From: an uncultured Clostridia bacterium
GTDB lineage: Bacteria; Bacillota; Clostridia; Christensenellales; UBA3700
DNA: 64,000 nucleotides
Assembly: GCA_947246685.1 (NCBI GenBank)
Contig: CAMXSN010000004.1
Span: 11,117-75,116, forward strand
Direction of reading: 5' to 3'
The number at the start of each line of letters is the position of its first letter. Within the stretch, counting starts at the first letter, position 1. Shown piece after piece: positions 31,164-39,245 of the stretch. A model generated the notes under the pieces. It made no database searches and was not told where the DNA came from. It saw only the letters and a list, made by a program, of their open reading frames with translations. Both the position numbers and the translations under genes were made by a program.

Positions 31164-33080
31164 ATGCAGATCGCTTCAAGTATTTCCGCTTTGAACTTAG
31201 ATCTGTCTTCAAACGACTATTCAAAAAAAATAAATAAAACGCTTAACGATATTTTCGAAAGTCTCAACGTGCCGAAAAATTATCGCGAACTAATCTTTGA
31301 CGAAAAAGTTGAAGCATTGTCATTTAATATGTCACCCTTTATAGAAATCGACGATAAAAATAATGTTGCCGACCTCAGTCCCGAAGAGAATGCTCAACTG
31401 AACGATCCAACTGAAAGATTGAAATTCAAATCGTGCGTAGAATCGGCATCCAATGTGCTTAAAGCGCTTGCAGAAACACGCGATATGATTGGAAGACAAA
31501 TCGACATAGGCAAGCCGTTGGCGTTGACCTTCTACGGAGAATCCAAATCGTCCGAAGAAATGCTGGATATTTTGAACACGGTCATCAAATATACGGTTGA
31601 ATGGATTAGCAGCGCATGTATAAAAGCAAAAACAGAAATTATCTATAAAATAGACGGCGAACAAGTATATAATGACGAAAGAGATATCGTCAAATATATA
31701 GGTTGGAACTTTTTTAAGATCAACAACCAAAACGAAAATTATGAACCGTCGCTTTATATGACTTTCTCGGTATGCTCCGCATATATGTCGCTCGCCAACT
31801 CAATCGGCAATGCGCGTAATCTTTATAGCAAATATGAAAAAGAATTATCTAATCAGTCGACAGACGGCGATATAGAAGATCTTATCAGAAAAAAATTCCT
31901 GACACAGCAACATACTGCTCAAGATTTGCGCAATATGGAATTGTATCTTTCTATCAAAAATGTTTTCAAACAATTCCAAGAACAATGTATCTTCTCCGGT
32001 CGCTATGAAGAAATGATGTGCAAAGGTTTGATCAACGGTCAACCACCGTTGGACTTGTCGTCCGAGTTCATTGGACTCAATTATACCAAGGTGCTATTCT
32101 CCGACATAGAAAACAGCACCACAAACGACGCCGTAATCAATACCGTATATCACGTGCTAATACTTATATATTCTGGTCTTGATTTAGACTATGCACAAAA
32201 GAAAAAGGTAGATGAATTCTACGACGAAATGCAGTACGCTCTGCAAAACGTGCTGAGATGTTATAAATTGCTATCCAAAAAAGACAAGAGCTACATAATC
32301 GAACAATACGTGCTCTCGTTCAAAGAAAAAATGCCTGCCGACATTGCGTCTGTGGCAAAAAGATTGCGCAGACAGCGTATTCAGGTAGCAAGCGTATTGC
32401 CTTTGTTGATAAAAGCCTATAACGAAGTCAGCCGATATCTTGTGCGTTATCCTCAAAAACAGACAATAGAATATTTGTCGCTTATCATGCAAAACAGGAC
32501 CGATTCGGTGAGAAAAAATAAAATCGTCAAAGAATGGTCTTGGGATCGCGACGGCTACAATCTCAACAGCGAGAATTATTACGTAAAAGCAATAGTCGAC
32601 TTCTATGACTATTACGAAAATTATGAAAAACGCTTTATCGATTCCGACGCCGATCTTCAACAAAAACTCAGCGAATACGACAGCAAAAACAACCAGATAA
32701 TTGACAACTTAAAAGCCGCTCAAACCAAAGAACTCAAAGATATTAAGCAAAAGTGGGACGAAGAAAAATCCCAACTTATCGCCGCTACACACAATCCTTT
32801 GATAGAACAACTAGAAATTATGGTGCGCAAAATTATTGAAGACAACTTTGAAGAATTGCTCAAAACTACTTTTAACAAAATTATCTGCGAATCGGACGAA
32901 GACGAAGAAAGTTTGCGCAGAATTTTCAATAAGTTGGTATTCCACACTATATTTGAAAATAATAAGCAAACCGCAACCAACTCCCTTAACGGAGACAACG
33001 GCAAATTAATATATACTAAAATTAAAAACTACTGCAAACAAAATTTCAGTGCAATTGAAAAAATATTAGGTGAAAATTAA
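31164..33080 (+). CDS. Large uncharacterised protein (638 aa from ATG 31164; about 737 aa if joined to ATG 30868 across the C tract)
   Basis: Long ORF, same strand and tightly packed in the TIR operon. No catalytic motif recognised. Predicted helical, with a coiled-coil-like stretch (DADLQQKLSEYDSKNNQIIDNLKAAQTKELKDIKQKWDEEK). Confidence 0.75.
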   Translation: MQIASSISALNLDLSSNDYSKKINKTLNDIFESLNVPKNYRELIFDEKVEALSFNMSPFIEIDDKNNVADLSPEENAQLNDPTERLKFKSCVESASNVLKALAETRDMIGRQIDIGKPLALTFYGESKSSEEMLDILNTVIKYTVEWISSACIKAKTEIIYKIDGEQVYNDERDIVKYIGWNFFKINNQNENYEPSLYMTFSVCSAYMSLANSIGNARNLYSKYEKELSNQSTDGDIEDLIRKKFLTQQHTAQDLRNMELYLSIKNVFKQFQEQCIFSGRYEEMMCKGLINGQPPLDLSSEFIGLNYTKVLFSDIENSTTNDAVINTVYHVLILIYSGLDLDYAQKKKVDEFYDEMQYALQNVLRCYKLLSKKDKSYIIEQYVLSFKEKMPADIASVAKRLRRQRIQVASVLPLLIKAYNEVSRYLVRYPQKQTIEYLSLIMQNRTDSVRKNKIVKEWSWDRDGYNLNSENYYVKAIVDFYDYYENYEKRFIDSDADLQQKLSEYDSKNNQIIDNLKAAQTKELKDIKQKWDEEKSQLIAATHNPLIEQLEIMVRKIIEDNFEELLKTTFNKIICESDEDEESLRRIFNKLVFHTIFENNKQTATNSLNGDNGKLIYTKIKNYCKQNFSAIEKILGEN

Positions 33081-33094
33081 AAGAGGTACGATAT

Positions 33095-33991
33095 ATGAAA
33101 ACAATTTCTTTCTTTTCTTATAAAGGCGGTTCAGGAAGAACGTCTTTGGCTTACAACAACATCCCACTTATTGCTCAAAATTTACACGCGTCCCCTACGC
33201 ACCCGCTTGTAGTAATGGATATGGACATCGACAGCGCAGGCTTGTCTTTTCTATATAGGAATAAGATAAAAAACTGCCGTCTTTTCGTGCAAAACATCTA
33301 TTCCAACATACCGGGAATACTAGATGACAGAACCACTATACCGGAAATAGGCGACCATCCGTTTTTCAAAGCTTTGATACCGATAGGAGACCTATACGGT
33401 ATGGATGAAAAAAGCATTCTCTTTATGCCGGCTAATACGGAAAACTCCACAAATATCGAGCTGGATACATACAACTTAAAAAGCAATCCGCTCAAATTGA
33501 TCATAGAAAATATTTATGAAGAATACGAATGTTGCGGCGTTATACTCGACTGCCCAACCGGTAAGCAGATGACGGCGACTGCAAGTTTGAAGGTCTCCGA
33601 CATAATCGTGCTGGTAATGCGCATAACCGCTCAATTTAGAAACGGAACGTATTCTTATCTCAAATGGTTCGACAGCAGATACTCCGACAAAAGATTGATA
33701 ATTGCTCCCAACGCTGTGCCAAACGACGAGATTACGTTGGAAAATATGCCATACGACTACGAAGCGGTCAAATATAATATTCAAGAGACTATAGCGGATA
33801 TTCTGAACGAACACGGCCACACAAATACGGCTGATTTCACGTTGCTTGAAAACGGAAGATTCGGCGTCCCCGAAGTGGTAAGATTCAAATTCAAAGAAGA
33901 CGTCCTACTCTTACTGCAATCAAGACGTCCCGACGAAGAGAAAGCTCTTCAGATTTATCGCGTATTATCGGACGCGATATGCAAAGGTTGA
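33095..33991 (+). CDS. ParA/MinD-superfamily P-loop ATPase with variant Walker A (KGGSGRT)
   Basis: 298 aa. Deviant Walker A SYKGGSGRTS, Walker A' VVMDMDIDSAG, Walker B GVILDCPTG. RBS AGAGG lies 14 nt after the previous stop. Confidence 0.75.
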   Translation: MKTISFFSYKGGSGRTSLAYNNIPLIAQNLHASPTHPLVVMDMDIDSAGLSFLYRNKIKNCRLFVQNIYSNIPGILDDRTTIPEIGDHPFFKALIPIGDLYGMDEKSILFMPANTENSTNIELDTYNLKSNPLKLIIENIYEEYECCGVILDCPTGKQMTATASLKVSDIIVLVMRITAQFRNGTYSYLKWFDSRYSDKRLIIAPNAVPNDEITLENMPYDYEAVKYNIQETIADILNEHGHTNTADFTLLENGRFGVPEVVRFKFKEDVLLLLQSRRPDEEKALQIYRVLSDAICKG

Positions 33992-33998
33992 ATGCGTT

Positions 33999-36317
33999 AT
34001 GGACAAGAATTCAATTACGGACAAAAAGAATAACGCCGTGCAAACTATTCTCGCAAGAATTCCCGACGAGAATTTGCGCGCGATCATATTCGGCAATAAA
34101 GGACGCGACTTTTCCGCTAAAACGCTGAACGATTCGGAAGAACTCCTAGAATATACGTCAAGACTGCTGACTGTTGCTTTTCATTTCGTATATTTCAGAT
34201 ACCGCAAATGGGTGCTGGTAGACAACTGCATTGACAACGGTCCCGAAAATAACGACCTTGTCCGCATATTCAAAGTGCTCAAAAATTTGTATCTATCCTA
34301 TGATTTGTCATACGACATAATCGAAAGCATATTAATGGACGTGCAGATAGACGTCGCTCTAAACGGAGTTATATCGCAAGAACTGCGTATATTGCAGGAG
34401 ATCGGACACAGCCCCGATTACGCCAAGATGACTTATCTTGCCAAACAGGCGAGAACGCGCGCCAGATTCAACGACGATACTCCTCTCAGCGACCGAATCG
34501 ACGAATTCGTAAGATTTACAAACAACTTTATGTTTACCCGTTTTCTCAAGGCGTCGTATGAAACCATAGACGGAGTAACTTATTACGACAACGGAGAAAT
34601 ATCTCAACGCACACTACAACGCTGTCTGTGGGAAAGTTCCGGCGCATACAGCCATTTCAACGGTGCTGAAGATCCTTTTAACGGCAAGATAGAAACATAC
34701 GACTGTATTATCAAAATTGCTAAAAATCATTATTTCCTCAATAGTCTTGACTTCATAACTCCCAACAGAGACGTCGTATCTGGCAACGATTTGTTTAATT
34801 CGGACGATGACACGGACTTTATAGGCATAAAACTCAACTATTCCTCCTTCCAATCGAGCAATGATTTCGTAACGGTGATAATAAGCGACGACGAAAGCCT
34901 TATCGACGATAAGTACGGAGAAAAGTTTTTCTTTATAAAACAATCGTGCAAACAATATTGCGAGGATAATTTTCTCTTTGACGGAACAAATGACGAAAAA
35001 CCTTTAATAGAGGATTTCTATTCTATTAATTACAAATATATACGCAATCTTGCCTTGGCGATCGTAGACGTGCTTGACGACGATCATAAAAATAAGATAT
35101 GCCATACTTTCTCCAAGGAAGATCGCTACAAGTTGCTTTTCCCCAACGACGGTTCGTCCAAACTAGCCTCGTTGCATTGGGACGTCATCATCGCCATTCT
35201 CATGGTGGAAGAAGGCGCCGGCAAATTATTGCGAATACTTTTTGAAAACAAACAGACGTTCAACGCTCTCGCGAAAAATCTTGAGTTGCGGTTTGGCCGC
35301 GAACGTTTCACCGCCGACCAGCTTATCAAGACCTCAAAACGCGAGATTGACAACGATATCAAAAACCTTGCCAAACGAAGTCCGTTCGGCAACGTAAACC
35401 CAAAAGACAGCGAAACTATACGCATAGACGAAGAGTCCCGCGCAATCGTAGTCAACGTGACTAAAGCAGTCAACGGCAACAATATAATGACGGGAAAAGT
35501 CGGCTTTCCGCTCAGCATACGATCGCATATTCAATTGCTCGAAAGCATAAAAGACGATACCCACGACAGCAACAAAAGCAAATTTACGCTGCTTAAAGCT
35601 ATCGTCAATCAAGCTCTGACCACTTTGATTAAATTCTACAGAGCCTTTCTCGCTTACGCTCAGATCAAAAAAGAGTTTGAAAACGAATCGTATTACAGAG
35701 TTCTTACGGACAGCGAAATCAACGCATATCAAACGAGAGCGCAAAACGCTTTCGAGAACAAACGCGAAGAAAGTCATGCGATTTTCGACGGCAGAGAGGA
35801 CGACTTCCCGTTTATTATGGAACAACTGAAATCTTTGTGCAAAGATTGCGCGCCGGGCGGCGATAAATATGCGCTTTTCAAATATACTCTTGGCAGACAG
35901 CAACTGCTCGACCACGAATTTGTGGAAAATGCTTTGTTAATCTGCAACGAGAATTATTTATCTCCCGACGACGATTTTATAGAAGACGCATTCAACGCCG
36001 TTATCGACGTGCTGAATTATCTGCAGACCGGCGAGAGAAACAAAAGAAAGTCTCGCGCTCGAAAAGAACTGTCCATGAATGCGATATTCCCATACGTTGC
36101 CACTTATCAATACGCAAAGCAAACAGGCGACGGATACCATATCAACAACTTCTCTATCATTTCCGATAAGGGATATGAAAACTCTGTCAAAGTCATGAGC
36201 GAATTTCGATATGATCTAAATGAAAAATATTACTGTCTGCCAAACAAGCAACGCTCCGCTCAATCTCTTAACCTATGGATCGAGCCTATTATGATCAATT
36301 ACAAAAACAAGGATTAA
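33999..36317 (+). CDS. Large uncharacterised protein (772 aa)
   Basis: Long ORF that starts 7 nt after the ATPase stop. No recognisable domain or motif. Confidence 0.75.
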   Translation: MDKNSITDKKNNAVQTILARIPDENLRAIIFGNKGRDFSAKTLNDSEELLEYTSRLLTVAFHFVYFRYRKWVLVDNCIDNGPENNDLVRIFKVLKNLYLSYDLSYDIIESILMDVQIDVALNGVISQELRILQEIGHSPDYAKMTYLAKQARTRARFNDDTPLSDRIDEFVRFTNNFMFTRFLKASYETIDGVTYYDNGEISQRTLQRCLWESSGAYSHFNGAEDPFNGKIETYDCIIKIAKNHYFLNSLDFITPNRDVVSGNDLFNSDDDTDFIGIKLNYSSFQSSNDFVTVIISDDESLIDDKYGEKFFFIKQSCKQYCEDNFLFDGTNDEKPLIEDFYSINYKYIRNLALAIVDVLDDDHKNKICHTFSKEDRYKLLFPNDGSSKLASLHWDVIIAILMVEEGAGKLLRILFENKQTFNALAKNLELRFGRERFTADQLIKTSKREIDNDIKNLAKRSPFGNVNPKDSETIRIDEESRAIVVNVTKAVNGNNIMTGKVGFPLSIRSHIQLLESIKDDTHDSNKSKFTLLKAIVNQALTTLIKFYRAFLAYAQIKKEFENESYYRVLTDSEINAYQTRAQNAFENKREESHAIFDGREDDFPFIMEQLKSLCKDCAPGGDKYALFKYTLGRQQLLDHEFVENALLICNENYLSPDDDFIEDAFNAVIDVLNYLQTGERNKRKSRARKELSMNAIFPYVATYQYAKQTGDGYHINNFSIISDKGYENSVKVMSEFRYDLNEKYYCLPNKQRSAQSLNLWIEPIMINYKNKD

Positions 36318-36321
36318 ACTT

Positions 36322-36927
36322 ATGACGGATATGCAATTCAGACAATTCTGCGACAACGACAGCATAGAAGAACTTGCACAGCTTATAATGGACACCGACC
36401 CGTATATCTATGCGGACTTATTCGGCAGCAAAAACGTAGCTCGCAAAGTATTGCCGTATCTATTTAGACTGGATAAAGGTATTTTTCGCAAAAATTCTTA
36501 TTATATCTGCCTGCGCAACGGCGAAATCGTCGCAATGGCTACGCTTTTTAAGGCAGATGACACGTGGGATCAATCGAGCGTAAAAACCGCTTTTATCGAG
36601 GCAGGAGAGCCTCTTCCCGAGTCATTTGATGCAGTAAGCGAATATTTCAAAAGCGCGCACAACTATACGCCGGGTACAAAAGCCTGCAACGTGTGCGTTT
36701 CCAAAAATCTGCGCGGACAGGGACTCGGCGATTTTATGGTCAAGCAATTGATTCGGTTGGCAGGCAATTCGGATATATGTCTCAGCGTAATGCAAGACAA
36801 TATCGCGGCAGTAAAATTATATCAATCCAACGGATTCAAAATAATCTACGAATTCGACGACTACGGAGGTTACGGCAATGCGCCCATAAAATGTTACTTT
36901 ATGATAAGATTTTATTCATTAACATGA
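36322..36927 (+). CDS. GNAT-family N-acetyltransferase
   Basis: 201 aa. Acetyl-CoA motif A VCVSKNLRGQGLGDFMVKQLIRLA and C-terminal AVKLYQSNGFK. Starts 4 nt after the previous stop. Confidence 0.8.
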   Translation: MTDMQFRQFCDNDSIEELAQLIMDTDPYIYADLFGSKNVARKVLPYLFRLDKGIFRKNSYYICLRNGEIVAMATLFKADDTWDQSSVKTAFIEAGEPLPESFDAVSEYFKSAHNYTPGTKACNVCVSKNLRGQGLGDFMVKQLIRLAGNSDICLSVMQDNIAAVKLYQSNGFKIIYEFDDYGGYGNAPIKCYFMIRFYSLT

Positions 36928-36943
36928 CAATTGTTATGCAAAC

Positions 36944-36978
36944 AAAAAGCGCATCACGGACTGTGATGCGCTTTTATT
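36944..36978. terminator. Bidirectional rho-independent terminator
   Basis: AGCGCATCAC-GGACT-GTGATGCGCT (36948-36972) flanked by an A-run and a T-run, between the convergent GNAT and YegP-domain genes. Confidence 0.8.
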
Positions 36979-36996
36979 TAATATTGACGATAATAA

Positions 36997-38013
36997 TTAA
37001 TCTTCGGCTTTGACGATATCGGCATGAGCCGCAGTGTTGGCAATGGATCTCATGCCGGTCTTGCATGCTTCTTTGGAGAGATAACCGTCATTGGGAGTAC
37101 ATACTACCTCGCCGTTTGCGGCAAGCAGTCTAAATCTGAATTCCCCTCTAGCATCCTGGAATATAATCCATTTGGGGCATTTCTGCTCCTCGATATTGAT
37201 AAGCGTCTGATCCTCGATCGGCGCAATCTTCGCGTTCTTTATTACGCTGTTGATACCAGACTTAAGCGCGCTGAGCGAAGAGTATGTGCCGCCGTTGGTA
37301 GCGATTACCTTATGATTTGCGGCATACAGCTTATAGACATAATTACCTTTATCCGTCTTTCTGTATTCAAATCTGCCCTTTTTCTTTACAGGAGCTTCCG
37401 CAACGGCTTTCTTCTCGGTATTTGCTTGGGCAACTTCCTTGACTTTCTTTTCCGCCGGTTTGGTCTCTTTTACGGGAGCGCTCTTTGCTGTTGCTTTCGC
37501 CGCGCTCTTCTTTTCCGTTTCTTTGGCTTTTACTGCCGTTGTCTTCTTGGTTTCTGCTTTCATTTTCGGTTTTTCCTCCCTCTTAGGCTCCGGCTTAACT
37601 ACTTCCTTTGCCGATGTATTTTCTTCTTCTTGTTCTTCTTCTAAATCTTCGTCCGTTTCGAACTGCTCTTCTTCCTCTTCGTATTCTTCTGCGGCAACAA
37701 CTTCCTCTTCCGCCTCTTCTTGAAGTTCGTCTTCTTCGACTGTCTCTTCCAGCTCTGTCGAATCTTCAGCTTCCGCGATCTCCTCTTCTGTCTCTTCTTC
37801 CTGAGTAAACTCTTCTTCGATCGTTTCTTTTTGCTCGACTTCTTGCGATTCTATCGTTTGACTTTCTTTAGAAACGACTTCCTGCGCATCGATCTCTTCT
37901 TGCTCTTCTATTGAATTTTGATTTGCTTGCTCCTCTTTTTCCGCCGTTTTAATTTGCAATTGTGCGGCAAGCATTTCCTCTTTTCTCTTCTTTTTCTTCC
38001 TGAAAAAACACAC
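36997..38013 (-). CDS. Glu/Lys-rich low-complexity protein with two C-terminal YegP (DUF1508) domains
   Basis: 338 aa. Long acidic and basic low-complexity N-terminal part. Two repeats of the pattern F.(F/Y)R.....G...(F/Y).L.A.N..(V/I)(I/V)....(Y)SS/SK.A...G(I/M).S(V/I). Confidence 0.7.
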   Translation of the reverse strand: MCFFRKKKKRKEEMLAAQLQIKTAEKEEQANQNSIEEQEEIDAQEVVSKESQTIESQEVEQKETIEEEFTQEEETEEEIAEAEDSTELEETVEEDELQEEAEEEVVAAEEYEEEEEQFETDEDLEEEQEEENTSAKEVVKPEPKREEKPKMKAETKKTTAVKAKETEKKSAAKATAKSAPVKETKPAEKKVKEVAQANTEKKAVAEAPVKKKGRFEYRKTDKGNYVYKLYAANHKVIATNGGTYSSLSALKSGINSVIKNAKIAPIEDQTLINIEEQKCPKWIIFQDARGEFRFRLLAANGEVVCTPNDGYLSKEACKTGMRSIANTAAHADIVKAED

Positions 38014-38398
38014 TGTTGTATACTTCCTTTACCTTAACTACTCCCATTCTATCACATAAAATAGTTAAATTCAATGGAAATCGTCAATTTTCTTTATAAA
38101 TTTTTAGTAATATTAACCTTTTTTCGACAAATTCGGATACCCTCTTCTCAAAATCGGATGCTTGCGAAAATACCTGTCTGACAAATTGATTTTCAACGCT
38201 TGCGCCACGCTTTTTGCCGCCAATTTTCTTTTGCAACAAGGCTATTATTTTTTGGCGAAAAGTCAAATTAAAATCGCCGTTTGCAAAAAATATATAAAAT
38301 GAAGAAAATATTTTGACAAGCCGTTAAAAGTATGATATTATACATTATGCAACAGCGATTAAATATTTTACTCGATAGAGCAAGATTTTCAGTTGATT

Positions 38399-38489
38399 GG
38401 AGAAATACCCAAGAGGCCGAAGGGGCTCCCCTGCTAAGGGAGTAGTACGTGAAAGCGTAGCGAGGGTTCAAATCCCTCTTTCTCCGCCA
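38399..38489 (+). tRNA. tRNA-Ser (GCU)
   Basis: GGAGAAATACCCAAGAGGCCGAAGGGGCTCCCCTGCTAAGGGAGTAGTACGTGAAAGCGTAGCGAGGGTTCAAATCCCTCTTTCTCCGCCA. Class II tRNA with a long variable arm and encoded CCA. Confidence 0.9.
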
Positions 38490-38645
38490 AGAGCAATCGC
38501 GTTCTAACGCCGACAAAATGCAGTACATTTTCATTAACGGACTTGCGGGATTTGTCACAAGGTGGCAACCCAAGCCGCTAACGTATGAAAACAACTACAA
38601 TGTTCGGGAAAACGGAAAGTTCGTCAGAGCGCAGTAAAAGAAAAA

Positions 38646-38671
38646 AGCAACGGTACCCCGTTGCTTTTTTC
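38646..38671 (+). terminator. Rho-independent terminator
   Basis: AGCAACGG-TACC-CCGTTGCT followed by TTTTTT, about 155 nt downstream of tRNA-Ser. Confidence 0.7.
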
Positions 38672-38898
38672 TATCTCCCACCCAAGAGAACCCACCCTAA
38701 TGGGCGTAAATCAAAGTAAATACTTTTCGTCATAAATTTACAAATATCTATCGTTTTTACGCCAAAAGTGTGACAGTGTTACATAGTGGCGTAGGTAATA
38801 CTATACGCCACTGCGGGCGGCTGTCGCCGCCCGCTGCCTGTATTGGCTTATGATTGCGTTACACGTTACGGGGTGGCGTATAAAAGTATTACTAATGA

Positions 38899-39057
38899 TT
38901 ATTTATTTTCGGGTGCTTTTTGCACTATTACTTTTCCGTCTTTTACGGCGATAAGCATTTTGCCCTTGCATTTCGGGCAATAGATTTCTATTGTAGAGCC
39001 GTCGCCCGCTTTAAGTAGTTTATACCCGCATTCGGGACATACAACGTAATAAGTCAT
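38899..39057 (-). CDS. Small zinc-ribbon protein (52 aa)
   Basis: Below the ORF-track size cutoff. GAGGAG RBS, then MTYYVVCPECGYKLLKAGDGSTIEIYCPKCKGKMLIAVKDGKVIVQKAPENK, with two CxxC pairs. Confidence 0.55.
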   Translation of the reverse strand: MTYYVVCPECGYKLLKAGDGSTIEIYCPKCKGKMLIAVKDGKVIVQKAPENK

Positions 39058-39071
39058 TGATTTGCTCCTCA

Positions 39072-39245
39072 TTATTTTGTTTTGGTTGTTACAGTTCCAT
39101 TGCGAATTATGATATGTATATATTTATCACATTTTTGACATTTTATATAGCCGTCCATACCGTTCTGCGCTTGCACAAGTACGGTTTTACAATGCGGACA
39201 ACACGCATAATATAACGCAATTTTCGATTTAGTAGTTTCTTCCAT
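39072..39245 (-). CDS. Small zinc-ribbon protein (57 aa)
   Basis: [57 protein letters not shown]. Paralogous in layout to the neighbouring small ORF. Its start overlaps the thiE-HAD stop by 17 nt. Confidence 0.5.
   Translation of the reverse strand: MEETTKSKIALYYACCPHCKTVLVQAQNGMDGYIKCQKCDKYIHIIIRNGTVTTKTK

Noticed and set aside
37024-37914. Several plus-strand ORFs (206, 94, 66 and 64 aa) rich in F/L/S/C.
   Set aside because: They are antisense products of the Glu/Lys-rich low-complexity gene (GAA/AAG repeats read as TTC/CTT).
38084-38594. Minus-strand ORFs of 60 and 108 aa.
   Set aside because: The larger one overlaps tRNA-Ser. Neither has an RBS or any recognisable motif. The region is better explained as the tRNA promoter or leader.
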